Assembly: GCF_020745735.1 (NCBI RefSeq)
Contig: NW_026867509.1
Span: 1,860,001 to 1,924,000, forward strand
Reading direction: 5' to 3'
Length of the DNA stretch: 64,000 bases
Source of the DNA: Hemiscyllium ocellatum
Taxonomy: Eukaryota
Shown here: piece after piece, positions 52,580-64,000 of the stretch
Position numbering within the stretch: position 1 is the first letter of the stretch
Layout of the letters: the number at the start of each line of letters is the position of its first letter
Made by a program: the position numbers and the translations under genes
Notes under the pieces: model-generated
Told to the model about the DNA's origin: nothing
The model's database searches: none
The model's input: the letters and a program-made list of their open reading frames with translations, nothing else

Positions 52580-55150
52580 GTTACTCATAGATTCACACGG
52601 TCAGAGAAATGTACAGCACAGAAGCAAGCCATGCGATCCAACTCATCCATGCCGACCAGATATCTCAACGCAATCTCATCCCCCCTGCCAGCACCCCACT
52701 CATTACCCACTAAACACTTCCTGTTAATAGACACATTCCGATGTCATTTAAATACTGCAAGTGAACTAGCCTCCACCACGTCCTCTGGCTGTCCATTCCA
52801 CACTACACACAACGTGGAAACGTTGCCCCTTAGGTCTCTTTCATATCTTTCCCCTCTCACCTTAAACCTATGCCTTCTAGTTCTGGGCACCCCTGCCCCA
52901 TGGAAAAGGCCTCCTCTATTTACACTAACCATGCCCCTCATGATTATATAAATCTCTATAAGGTTCAGCCTCCGACGCTCCAGAGAAAACAGCCCGAGCC
53001 CATTCAACCTCTCCATATCGCTCAAATCCTCCAAACCTGGCAACATGCTTGTAAATCTTTTCTTAACCCTTTCAGAAATCCTTCCGACAGGAAGGAGACC
53101 AGAATTACACGCAATATTACATAAGTGGCCTAATAAATATCCTGCACAATAGCAACATGACCTTCCATATCCTGTACTCAATACTCTGATCTAAAAAGGA
53201 AAGCATGCTAAATGCCTTCTTCACTATCCAGTCTATCTTCGACTCCATTTTCAAGGAGATATCAGCCTGCACTCCAAGGTTGCTTTGTTAATCAACAATT
53301 CCTAGGACATTACCATGAAGTGCATACGTCCTGCTAAGATTTGGTTTCCCAAATGCAACAACTCGCATTTATCTAAATTAAACTCCATCTATCACTCCTC
53401 AGCCCATTGGTTCATCCGATCAAGATCCCGTTGTAATTCGAGGTAACATTCTCTGTTGTCCACTACACCTTCAATTTTGGTGTCACCTGCAAACTTACTA
53501 AATGTACCTCTTAAGTCCAAATCCACGTCATTTCAATAAAATAGTGGACCCAGCACTGATCCTTGTGGCACTCCAGTGGACACAGGCTTCCAATCTGAAA
53601 AGCAATACCCCATTACCAATCTCTGTCTACTACCTTTGAGTCAGTTCTCTATCCAAAAAGCTAGTTCTCACCGTAGTCCATGAGATCTAACCTTGCTAAC
53701 CAGTATCCCTTGGGGAACCTTTTCAAATGCCTTATAGATCACGTCCATATAGATCACGTCTACTGCTCTGCCCTCATCAATCCTCTTTGTGACTTCTTCA
53801 AAAAAATCAATCAAGTTTGTGAGACATGATTTCCCACGCACAAAACTATGTTGATTATTCCTAATCAGTCCTTGCGTTTCCAAATAAATGTGCATCCTGA
53901 ACCTCATGATTCTCTCCAACAACTTGCCCACACCGAAATCAGGCTCACTGGCCTTAATTCCCTAACTTGCCCTTACCACCTTTCTTAAATAGTGGCATCA
54001 CGTTAGCCAACCGCCAGTATTCCAGCACCCTACCTGTGACTTTTGATTTACAAACGTCTCAGCAATCACTTCCCTAGCTTCCCACGGGGTTCGACGCTGC
54101 CGCTGAGTAGGTCCTGGAGATTTATCCACTTCTATGAGTTTCAAGACATACAATACTTCCTCATCAGTAATGTGGGAATTTTTAGGATGTCACCATCTAT
54201 TTCCCTACATTCTATATCTTCGATATCTTTTTGCACAGTAAAAGCTAATGCAAAACACTCGTTTAGTATCTCCCCCATCTCCCTTTCCTACACACAAAAG
54301 CCGCGTTGCTGATCTTTGAGGGACCGTATTCTCTCCCTAGTTACCTTTTTTCCTTAATGTATTTATTTAAATCCCTTTCGATTCCCCTTAACTCTATTTG
54401 CCAAAGCTATCTCAAGGACCCTTTTTGCCCTACTGATTTCCTTCTTAAGTACACTCTTACTGCCTTTATACTCATCTCAGGATTCACTTGATGTGTCCTG
54501 TCTATACCTGACATAGGCTTCCTTATTTTTCATAACCAAACCCTCAATTTCTTTAGTCATCCAACGTTTTCTATACTAACTAGCCTTTCCTTTCACCCTA
54601 ACAGAAATATACTGTCTCTGTGCTCTCATTATCTTATTTCTGAAGGTGTCCCATTTTCCAACCTCTGAATATCTGCCCCCAGTCAGCTTTTGAAAGTTCT
54701 TGCCTAATCCAATCCAATTTTTGGCCTTTCTCCAATTTAAAACTTAAACTTTTAGATCTAGTCTACCTTTGTCCACCACTATTTTAAAGGTAATAGATTT
54801 ATGGTCGCTGGCCCCAAAGTGCTCCCCCACTGACACTTCAGTTAGCTGCCCTGCCTTATTTCCAACGAGTAGCTCAAGTTTTGCACCTTCTCCAATAGGT
54901 ACATCCACATACTGAATCAAAAAAAATTCTTGTACATGCTTAATAAATTCTTCTCCATCTAAACTCTTAACAATATGGCAGTTAGTCTATGATTGGAAAG
55001 TTAAAATCCCCCTCTATAACCACACTGTTCTTCTTATACATAACTGAAATTTCCTTACAAATTTGTTTCTCAATTTTCCTCGGACTATTAGGGGATCTAT
55101 AATATAATCCCAAATTGATGATCATCCCTTTCTTATTTCTCAGTTCCCAC
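52580..55150 (-). mobile_element. CR1 LINE, ~2.6 kb, degenerate
   Basis: ORF 53668-53931 QHSFVRGKSCLTNLIDFFEEVTK...AVDVIYMD and ORF 52744-53181 (ORF2 end). Confidence 0.93.
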
Positions 55151-57184
55151 TCAATGAATAAGAGTTCTGTTTAGAAAATAATAACTGCCCTTCTAACTTC
55201 AATCTGTAATTATCTGCTCCGTTTTTGTACTGTGTCTTAGAGGGTGTTTGCTTCTTGGGACTGTTGTTTATATTCGGAGAAGCATACTTCAGTCTAGTTT
55301 GCATAGATTGAGTTCTGTAGTTGTTCTTTATTCTGTTTTACTGTGTGATTTTGTGATTTTTTTAATCTGGTTTAAAGGTGGCATGAAATCTCGCTAACTA
55401 AATCTGGGTAATTTTCACTGTGCACTTCCCGAAACAAATCGCAAAAGGTATGGTCTGGCCTGCCAGCTTAAGAGCTTTTGGGGTAATCTGACCTAGTCCA
55501 TAGCACCACATTATCTAACTGTTCCTATTTTACTCGACTATTTATTTGTATCGTCATTGTGTCTCTCCTTCTCTCTTTATCTTAATCTTTATCTGATTCT
55601 ATGTTCCTGGATTGCCTGAACCTCAATCATTTCTCCCTTACCTCAGAGTCTCTCTTTCCTTCTACAATGCGTCAGAAAACTACGAATTGTAGAATGTTCA
55701 ACTTCTCGTGTAGCATTTTTTCTAGTTTCACAAAATTTAGTGGTGTGTGAATCAGAACAGTTATAAAAGCCTAAGTAGAATTTGAGTTAATAAACAATAA
55801 TCTGCGTTTCTTAAAATTAAAAGCAGTGGCAGCGTTATTTGTTGAAGACAATCAACGTACAAGGTAACTGTTGCACTAATAAAAATTAGCTGATTAACAC
55901 AAAACTGTGTTGGGCCTGAAGTGCAGTCGATGATATGATCATAAATAAATAAATATGGAAAAAAATTATTCAATCCATAGATTCTGTTCCAACATTCATT
56001 GAGATCATGGCAGATCTGATAATCTTCAACTCCACGTTCTTTCCTGTTCCCCATAGCACTGGAGTCCTTTGCCACTTCAACTTCTGCCTATTTTTTAACT
56101 TCTACCTTGAAGTGCAGAATGTCAATTGAACTTGTAGTGTAGCAGTTGCCAGCACATTTCCTCTTAATCCAAATAAGCAAATTTGATGTAGGAGTATCGT
56201 ATGATGTTTTTGAGTCCGTCTTCATTGCAAAACGTGTGAGTAAAGGAAGAAGAAAGTCATTGCAGTTTTACAGGGCATTGATAAAGTCACACCTGGATTC
56301 CTCTGCGCAATTATCTAATCCTTACCGAAGAAAACGTATAGTTTTCAGGGAGGGAGTGCAGTAAACATTCAACAGACTGATTCCTGGGATGATAGGCGGT
56401 CAAAGAAGGAGATCATGATGCAAGATATTTCCACTGGTCAGCTCATGTACATTAAGGGGTCTGGTCTCAGTCTAAGCAGTAGGCATTGTCAGACTGAGAT
56501 GAGGGCAATATTGTTCAATCACAGAGTAGTGAACCTGCGAGGTTCTCTGTCAAATAAGGTGGTTAGTGTGAATTTACTTAATACGTACAAAAAAAAGTAT
56601 GAAGCTATTATTATTTCTAACAGAGTCGCTATGCCTTTGCTGTTTGCAATGACATAAAATCGCTTTCATGTTAAGAGCTTGTGCATGAGCAATAAATACT
56701 TAAACGCTGAACGGGAATAGAACCCCAAACACGGCAGTCAAAGCAATGCATCTGAGGCACTGGATCAGCAGAGAAACTGCAATGGATCTGTGCATGTTTT
56801 CTTAATGATATTGATTTTATTTAATTCACGCTCACCAGAGTAGAGATTACCCCATAATTGATCAAGTGGTCGATTTTTTTACAGCATGGGAAGAGGCCAT
56901 TCAACCAATCATGTCAATGCTGGTCCTCTAAACTTCATCCATTTTAGCCCCAGTTTCCAATGTATTGAAGGGTTTAATGGAGCAAAATCAGCTCGTTCAG
57001 CCAATAACAGGAGACGATGTTGTTCACTAGAACATGAAATCCACACTTGCACCCTTGAGACAGTTCCAAAAGACTGAATTATTTCTCGGAATCATTTCTC
57101 TCTTTCCCAAATGTGTGCTTCAGTTTCAAACTTGTTCAATACCCGCAGACAGACAAAAGAAAAACACAGACCCACACAGGGATG

Positions 57185-57465
57185 CAGGTGGCACTGTGGC
57201 TCAATGGTTAGTACTGCTACTTCGCTGCCCTTGGGTCACAGGTTCGGTTCCAGCCTTCGGATGACTGTCTGCATGGAGTTTGAACATTCTGCCTGTGTCT
57301 ATAAGGGTTTCCTCCCACAGTCCAAGGATGTGCACATCAGTAGATTGCCCATAATGTTAAGTGCATTAGTCAGAGGGAAACGAGTCCGGGTGGGTTACTC
57401 TTTGGGGGGTTGGTATGGACTAGTTGGGCTGAAGGACCTGTTTCCACACTGTAGGGACTCTAATC
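57185..57465 (+). mobile_element. HE1/V-SINE-type SINE, older copy
   Basis: Homologous to 9983-10296. Confidence 0.85.
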
Positions 57466-58384
57466 GTATGCACACACAGAAGGAAAAACATTAATAGACA
57501 AACAAAATGCACAAATACGGTGTTCTGGACCAGATCGAACTCCATCAAAATATATTTAGAAATTAACATGTATTCTAAGCGTTCTACATTTCAAAATTAG
57601 TGGAATGCATTACGTTCCAGATGCAATTAGTTTGGTGTAACTACTCGATTTTAGACAAGGTGCATTTCATTTTTATGCTGCTCCTTCATCAGCAACTCGT
57701 GGACTGGACCTTGGGGTACAGAATTTACAATAGAAGATCAAAGTGTCATACAACTGATATGACTAGTTATCTGACGAAGAGGCAGTGCTCCCAAAGCTTG
57801 TACTTTCAAATAAACCTGTTAGGGTATAAGTTGGTATTGTATGATTTTAATTCTGTCCACCAAAGTACATCATTGGCACCTTGACATTCTGGTGAGAAAA
57901 CATTACTTTCAATTTTCAGAGAATTCCACTAGAGGGTGGTGCGTGTCTGTGGTAAATATTGAACATGATATCTGGAGTCAGAGTGATGTTACAGACAGAC
58001 AGCAGTTGTTAAAGTAAAACATTTGGTACTGAAAGACAAACAGATAGACATGACCAGAAAATGGCTCTAAGTGAAACTTGAAGAGGGCGTTTTACTAGAT
58101 GTTGACACTTAATAGTTTTCTCCTGGCTCTAAACGTAGCTCTGTGACAAGTGCTTAACTCCACATTTCATGTAATTTGAAAACGTTTCAAATTTACAGTG
58201 TCCTTTTGGTTTTCCTACAGATATTAAAAGTCAAAATAAGCATACATCAATGAAATATGAGGAAACTGGCCTTTCCTTTAACGTTAATCACATTTTATTA
58301 AGAGTTACACAATCCAATTGTCACGAAAACGATGCACATATACCTACTATTCAATACCAAGTATTGTTAATTTTGTTACTTTTT

Positions 58385-58545
58385 TTCCATTTTCTCATTG
58401 TGCAGCATTTCTGAGATTCCAGTCGCTGTGAATCAGTTAAATCGATATTCTTCGTGGATTTAGTAAATGTGAAAGAGAATCGTTCAAGAAAATCAGGATT
58501 CCTCTTTACAACTGGAAGTAGCACCAACACATTATCCCCAATTGC
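58385..58545 (-). pseudogene. V fragment of the 49k family (CDR2-FR3)
   Basis: VVKRNPDFLERFSFTFTKSTKNIDLT versus KKNPDVPERFDFKFTKSTKYAELT. Confidence 0.7.
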
Positions 58546-59272
58546 AAAATTACAAATTTACTATTTCTTATTCGCTTCTTGTTTCAATGTATGCTATGAT
58601 ATTTTTAAATGCTGTCTAGCCAACGTCCCAGCTCTATTTAATCGTTCTCTAATATTTGTCACATAGGGCAAATGGGTGGTCTCTATATTCTGACTTTTTA
58701 ATTTCTTCTTAATCAATTTTAACCTCTTACTTCATACCAGAAATTTATTTCAAATGGACCGAATTGGAACGATTCACCCGCGCAGCTCTTACCACAAAAA
58801 GTACAAATAGAACTCCCTTATCCTAATCATCTGGATAATCCTGACCATAAGCCTGCAACATGGTTTATAGTGTTGAATGCCTTCCCTCTAGCGCTCCCTG
58901 CCATTCTGGATGGTACAGAGTAGATTGGAATACCTTCATTCCCATGTTATCCATAACCTCCTTGAATAGTCCGGATGTGAAGTTTGATCCTTGATCTCAC
59001 TGAATGCCTATTGGCAGTCTGTATCTAGTTAAAAAAATTAAGTAGTTCTTCTACACCCCTATTTTCAGTGATGTTGCATAGTGGTATTACCTCTGGAAAT
59101 CTAGTTGATACATTCAGTATTGTTAATAACTACTTATTTCCACTTTTTGTTTGAGGTAGCTGACCGACACAATCACTCAAGTTTGTTGTGAAATGTTGGA
59201 ATAGGTATTGAAGGTATAGGTTTTATTACTGCCTGTGGTTTTCAGATTAGTTGACATATATGACACATCTGG

Positions 59273-59433
59273 ATTAGTGGTGCTGGAAGAATGGTGCTTT
59301 ATTCCTGATGCAGGGCTTTTGCCCGAAATGTCGATTTTACTGCTCCTCGAATGCTGCCTGAACTGCTGTGCTCTTCCATCACTACTAATCCAGAATCTGG
59401 TTTCCAGCATCTGCAGTCATTGTTTTTACCATG
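59273..59433 (+). mobile_element. Short Penelope terminal-repeat insertion with 14-bp target-site duplication
   Basis: tatgacacatctgg at 59259-59272 and 59434-59447; degenerate ctgatgc...gaaatgtc hammerhead inside. Confidence 0.8.
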
Positions 59434-59459
59434 TATGACACATCTGGCAAAATTCAACT

Positions 59460-60480
59460 GCAGCTTTGTGTAGTCGTGGTCAGTCGAAATGTCATTGTAT
59501 TTTAGCCTGTGGTTTCTTCGCCACTAAATGACCTCCAAGTGGTAGCTCATGTGACACTTGCAGCACCTCCTTTTTTCACCCTACTGGCAAAACAAATTGG
59601 TGCACCTATGCCCATTTCTCATCTGCTTGGCTGGGTGGTGGTCTCCATTTCTTCGTTAAGGCATCATCTGTAAAATAATAGCACACAGGGATGCATTCAC
59701 TTTCCTTCTCTGTAAATGACATTTGATACAACTGTTTTAAGTTCTCATCTTTCTGCTGTAATTCAATTAGCTTAACAGAGCTAAAGTTACTTGCATGTTT
59801 AGTTGTTTGCTGCTTCTCTGCCATTTTTCTGATTAGAAATGGTCTCGGATAACACTATGTCTGTTTCCATATTTGTGCCTTTTGATCCAACCTGCATCAG
59901 CTTGTGCCTCTGTGATCTTGTGATCACACAATCAGGGAAAAGTCCTGGGTAAACATTCTCCATGTCTTCAGTTGCTTGCATCTCCATTGGCGTTTCAACC
60001 AGTGTAGGGATCACAAAAGCCTGCTGATTAAAACAATAATGTAGATAGATGCCACCACTCGTGAGGTTTTTTGTTTCACGTCTTGAGAGCTACATGATTC
60101 TGGGCCTCACTGCCCAGTAATGGACTGCCTAGTCTTCCACATTCAGGTTACTTACATTGCGATAACCAGCTTTTGTACATGTCTTGTCTTGAAATTCTGG
60201 TTTTCATATTTCTACTTTATTAACACTCTAGGTTGGAGGCTATTCCATTGTCTTTCCCTCTTCCTGCTTGCTGCCGATATGCAGGATTGTACATTCACAT
60301 TATAAGTTCGCTGAACTCTCTCTTTACAGTTACTATCACTGGAGAGTGAGTTAATCTTTCTGCACATATTATACCTGCGATGGTAGAGAAACTAAAAACT
60401 GCGTGGTAAAATGGAAATTATCTAAATCTGTGTCTTTTGTTATGATTGTATGCAAATATCCATTAATAGATCTGTTCATA
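59460..60480 (-). mobile_element. Gypsy LTR-retrotransposon internal fragment
   Basis: YPGLFPDCVITRSQ and LIELQQKDENLKQL...CYYFTDDALTKKWRP. Confidence 0.7.
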
Positions 60481-60779
60481 ATCTGCTCACGTCTGATCGC
60501 TTCGTTCACCAAGTTCCATTAGAAATTAAATATCTGTCTAGACTGAGTTGATTTCATTTAAATTCAATATAAATCTACACAGGTCCGTATTTACTCTCCA
60601 ATCCAACCAGAAGTATAAACAGAAACGTGTTTGAGGGTATATGGGGCAGCGAAGTGCACGTTGAGAAGCTGCATAGGGTGAAAGAAGAATTGGGCACCGC
60701 TTTCGAAAGCTTTCAGCTGGAAAAGATCAAAGGTTCTCAGTCCATGTAGAAGATTGGATGATCCTGAATCAGAGCGTTA

Positions 60780-61020
60780 TCCAGCGCAGAAACATATCTT
60801 TCCATCCAATTCGTACATACTGACCAGATATTTTAAATTGATCTTGACCCGTTTGCCAGGATTTGTCCCATATCCCTCTGAATACTTCCTATTCATGTAT
60901 TTATCTGCACGTCTTTTAAATGCAGTAATGGTACTCGCCTCCAGTACTACCTCTGCCAGCACTTTCTATTACATGCAACCTCCCTTGCATGGAAAGGTTG
61001 ACCCTCTGGTCCCTTTCAAA
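60780..61020 (-). mobile_element. CR1 3' fragment
   Basis: EVVLEASTITAFKRRADKYMNRKYSEGYG. Confidence 0.8.
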
Positions 61021-62599
61021 TCCTTCTCTCTCACACTCATACCTCTTCAAATTCCATGTTTTTCGTCATTTGAAGAGTGAGTAGGTGCATGGTAGTCACA
61101 AATCTCGAGATTCAAACCTCATTCTTTCTGCTCCATCTGTTCTATTCACAACTGACAGCTACCACACAATTCATTGACCTTTGTGTCTGCATTATTCGTG
61201 GCCACAGCATCTGTGAGTTGTTGTCATTTTGTCTGTTGGGAAAATTGTGGCCGCTATTGCACTGCTGTCATTAGTTGGAGCGGGAGTGCAGTGGAACTAA
61301 GAATCCAACAGAGTTTCTTCCGTCTGTACATATCTAAATAGACAAGCCTGCATTCACACATTGCCTTGAGATGCTCAAAGTTTAATTCCAGGCACTTCGT
61401 CCGCACCACATTGACCAGAGTCATTTCAAAGTGTCAAACTCATTTGTTCTAAATAAATAACCTTCTGTCATAAATACTAAATCAAGAGCACACAGGCAAT
61501 ACTATAATCTATTTACAGTCCTGATTTCCCTTTAGATGTCATTGATGTCAATTCATCTTGACATGTTGTCCAATCTGACCATTCGTCAGAACTGAAGGAA
61601 AATATAAAATGATGATTTTTGAGTATTGTCAGAAGTTGGGGGGAAAAGAAGGTAAGAACATTTTTCTGCATTTTTCAGCCGTCATAGGTCAATGCTGAGT
61701 CCCACAATTTGATGAAAACCATGAAACATCAAGCAGGTCTTTCTTGTGTCTGTAAATGGAATTGAAACAATGAGGATATCGTTCTGAAGAAGCCTCATTC
61801 TGGGCCAGAAACATTAACTCTATTTCTTTCTTGCCATGTGTTTTTTCTGACGCACTAGGCTTCTCCAACTATCCTCTCTATTAAAATTTCTTGAAATATT
61901 CCTTTAATTCCTTACATCGTTTTGCCTTTGCTCTCAGAGGAACTAATACATGTGGTCTATTTTTATAGGTGTCAGTAAAATATAATTTCCTTCTCAATGT
62001 CAATGTTATTATCTTTGATACTCTCGTTGTTGTGTGTTCTGGGCGGCCTCACAACATGTTGCATTAAGTCTTCTTCCCATTAGCTTCAACAACATGAAAG
62101 AAAGAATGAAACAAACCAACAAACAAACAAAGTAATTGATGCAGCATCTTCTATGAACCCAAGGATATCCAAACCATTTTAGTCACAATTAAGTAGTTTT
62201 TTATTTGTAATGTTGGAAATACAAAATCAATGGTGAGCAAAGTGTGATTCCACAAAAGAAAATCGAGCAGCAATCTGTTTTCAGTTCTAACATATGATGG
62301 ACAAATGTTGGTGAAGGGCGACAGGGATAAACTGTTTTTTTTCTAGAATTCCAGCAGTGAAGTGTTACACACTCCAAATCAGAGATTGAAAACAGTCAGT
62401 GGTTTAGCATCTCATTCAGAAAGACGCCGCATCTGATAGCTTATCATTCCTTTAGCATTTGCAACAGGTAAGTGTGGACGCTGGTCTGTGAGCATCACAA
62501 TTCTGACTCAGTGAACGCACTACATCTGACACCAGGTAAAAAGAGGGGGAGGATGCTGATCAATCAGTCATTCCAATCTTTGTGTTCCTTTTTCTCACT

Positions 62600-63470
62600 G
62601 TTTTATGCAACCAATGATCCAGGCAAAGGGAAAAGTTAACATTTTCTGCAGCTCCTTTCTGAATTGGACTGGGCAACTGTCAAAATGAAGAAATTGTTGT
62701 AAGAACAGAGCAATTGGCGCATGCTGGTCTTCTTTTGAAAGATGCATTGTGAGTCGGTGATATGCAGGCTGGTGAAATAAACCTTACCTGTAAATTGGAC
62801 ACAGAGCGAAACCCAGTATGCATGATCCACAGGCAGAGCAAGCTGAGAGAGATTGGAAAGAACAACGAATGTCTTGCAGTTGGGCATCACTGGGTGTCTG
62901 CCAATCTCAATAACCCAGAATCACTTACGGGCTCAGCTAGCCACTAGATTACATGTTACAGTTAGGGCATTGAGTAGGAAAATGAAGGTGAATGGCAGAA
63001 ATGAGTTTAATAAATGGTCCATCCAGTCATAGACCTGCCAGACAGGGAACCTATGGAAAGTCGATTTGATGTCGCAGAACCAGGGTACTCCATCTAACAA
63101 GTTTAGTGGCTGGTGGATGAAATTGAAAGAACTGGTCCAAAGCACAGACTATTCATATGAACAGCAATTCAGTTTTCTCAGTGTAATATCTGATCTTCAG
63201 ATTTTACAGCAGATGGTCAGAAAGCAGCCCATGATGAATGACACTTTCAGTCACACTGAACAACATGAGCAACAAAAACTAGCACAGTTCTGAATCTACA
63301 CACAGCGGTGGTAGAAAGCAGACTATACCGAAAGTAGAGGCGGGTGACCCGGTCGTGGATGACTGCTATGATCATAACAAGGAAACCTGACACTGCTCTC
63401 GTCACGAGGTACTAGGGAATGCACTGAAAATGTCCACACTATTTTCAGCACAGGATTGCACAATCACCAC
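62600..63470 (-). pseudogene. Class A GPCR pseudogene, GPR139-like
   Basis: NNLVVIV...; DGVPWFCDIKSTF...WQVYDWMDHLLNSFLPFTFIFLLNALTV (ECL2/TM5); multiple stops and frameshifts. Confidence 0.8.
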
Positions 63471-63889
63471 CAAGTTGTTTATGAGGGATAAAAACAAGGA
63501 TTTCTCTTACAAAGTGGGCTTAAGTCACCAACCATTGCCTGACCCAAGCTATTGTTGAAACTATCCAGATGTGTCCAGTTGCCAACTCCAAAGTTAATGC
63601 TAATTAATCCACACCGCATGCTCAGTTGAACATTTCCTAATACAGGTATCGTTGCAAATGTTGATTAACACAGCATCCGCTGTATGATGCTCAGTCAATC
63701 CAATTTAGTGCTAAAAACATTTAGCTCAGTTATATTTGCTCATTGCTGAGTATGGTGATATGGCTATTCGGGCTTTTTTTAAACTGGCACAGACAATCAA
63801 AGGAAATGCGAACTGATGTAGTATTAAGCTAGTTTAAGCTAGCTCTGATTGTTGATATGACTTTTATATCTGGTTACTGGAGCAATAGG

Positions 63890-64000
63890 AAGTAGTGGTG
63901 GCCCGGTGGCTCTCAGGGCCAGGGACCTGGGGTTTAATTCCAACCTTGGGTGACTGGCTGTGTGGAGTTTGCACATTCCAGACGTGTCTGCGTGTGTTTC
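63890..64000 (+). mobile_element. HE1/V-SINE 5' part, cut by the window end
   Basis: B-box ggtttaattcc and gtgtggagtttgcacattc. Confidence 0.8.

Noticed and set aside
56700-56770. tRNA gene on the minus strand
   Set aside because: Only a B-box-like word; no cloverleaf can be folded, so probably an old SINE head
62340-62475. Plus-strand exon (ag|AATTCCAG...AACAG|gtaagt) as a V fragment or leader
   Set aside because: Good splice-like signals, but stop codons and no downstream V features
1-64000. CRISPR arrays, prokaryotic operons or a RAG-like transposon
   Set aside because: The DNA is eukaryotic, there are no regularly spaced repeats, and no transposase ORF is flanked by RSS-like termini

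Overview
AT-rich vertebrate genomic DNA, most likely from a shark. The repeats are HE1/V-SINE-type SINEs, CR1/HER1-type LINEs and Penelope-like elements typical of elasmobranchs; a carpet shark is plausible but is inference. The window is part of a T-cell receptor alpha/delta-type V-segment array, mostly on the minus strand. Two V genes are intact (leader exon, intron, V exon, RSS): 27818-28298 and 48939-49418. Six clear V pseudogenes lie at about 13.3-13.8, 23.0-23.4 (opposite strand), 24.9-25.3, 26.2-26.7, 29.9-30.4 and 43.2-43.7 kb. Roughly ten more deeply decayed V-like relics are present at low confidence. An ancient duplication copied a multi-V cassette (about 39.3-44.5 kb vs 46.2-50.2 kb). 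Two GPR139-like GPCR pseudogenes sit near the window ends. Other features are two tRNA pseudogenes, Penelope-like elements with hammerhead ribozyme motifs, gypsy fragments and a locally templated inverted insertion. I found no convincing D, J or C segments and no NAR-TCR hallmarks. All alignments were done by eye, so TE and relic boundaries are approximate.
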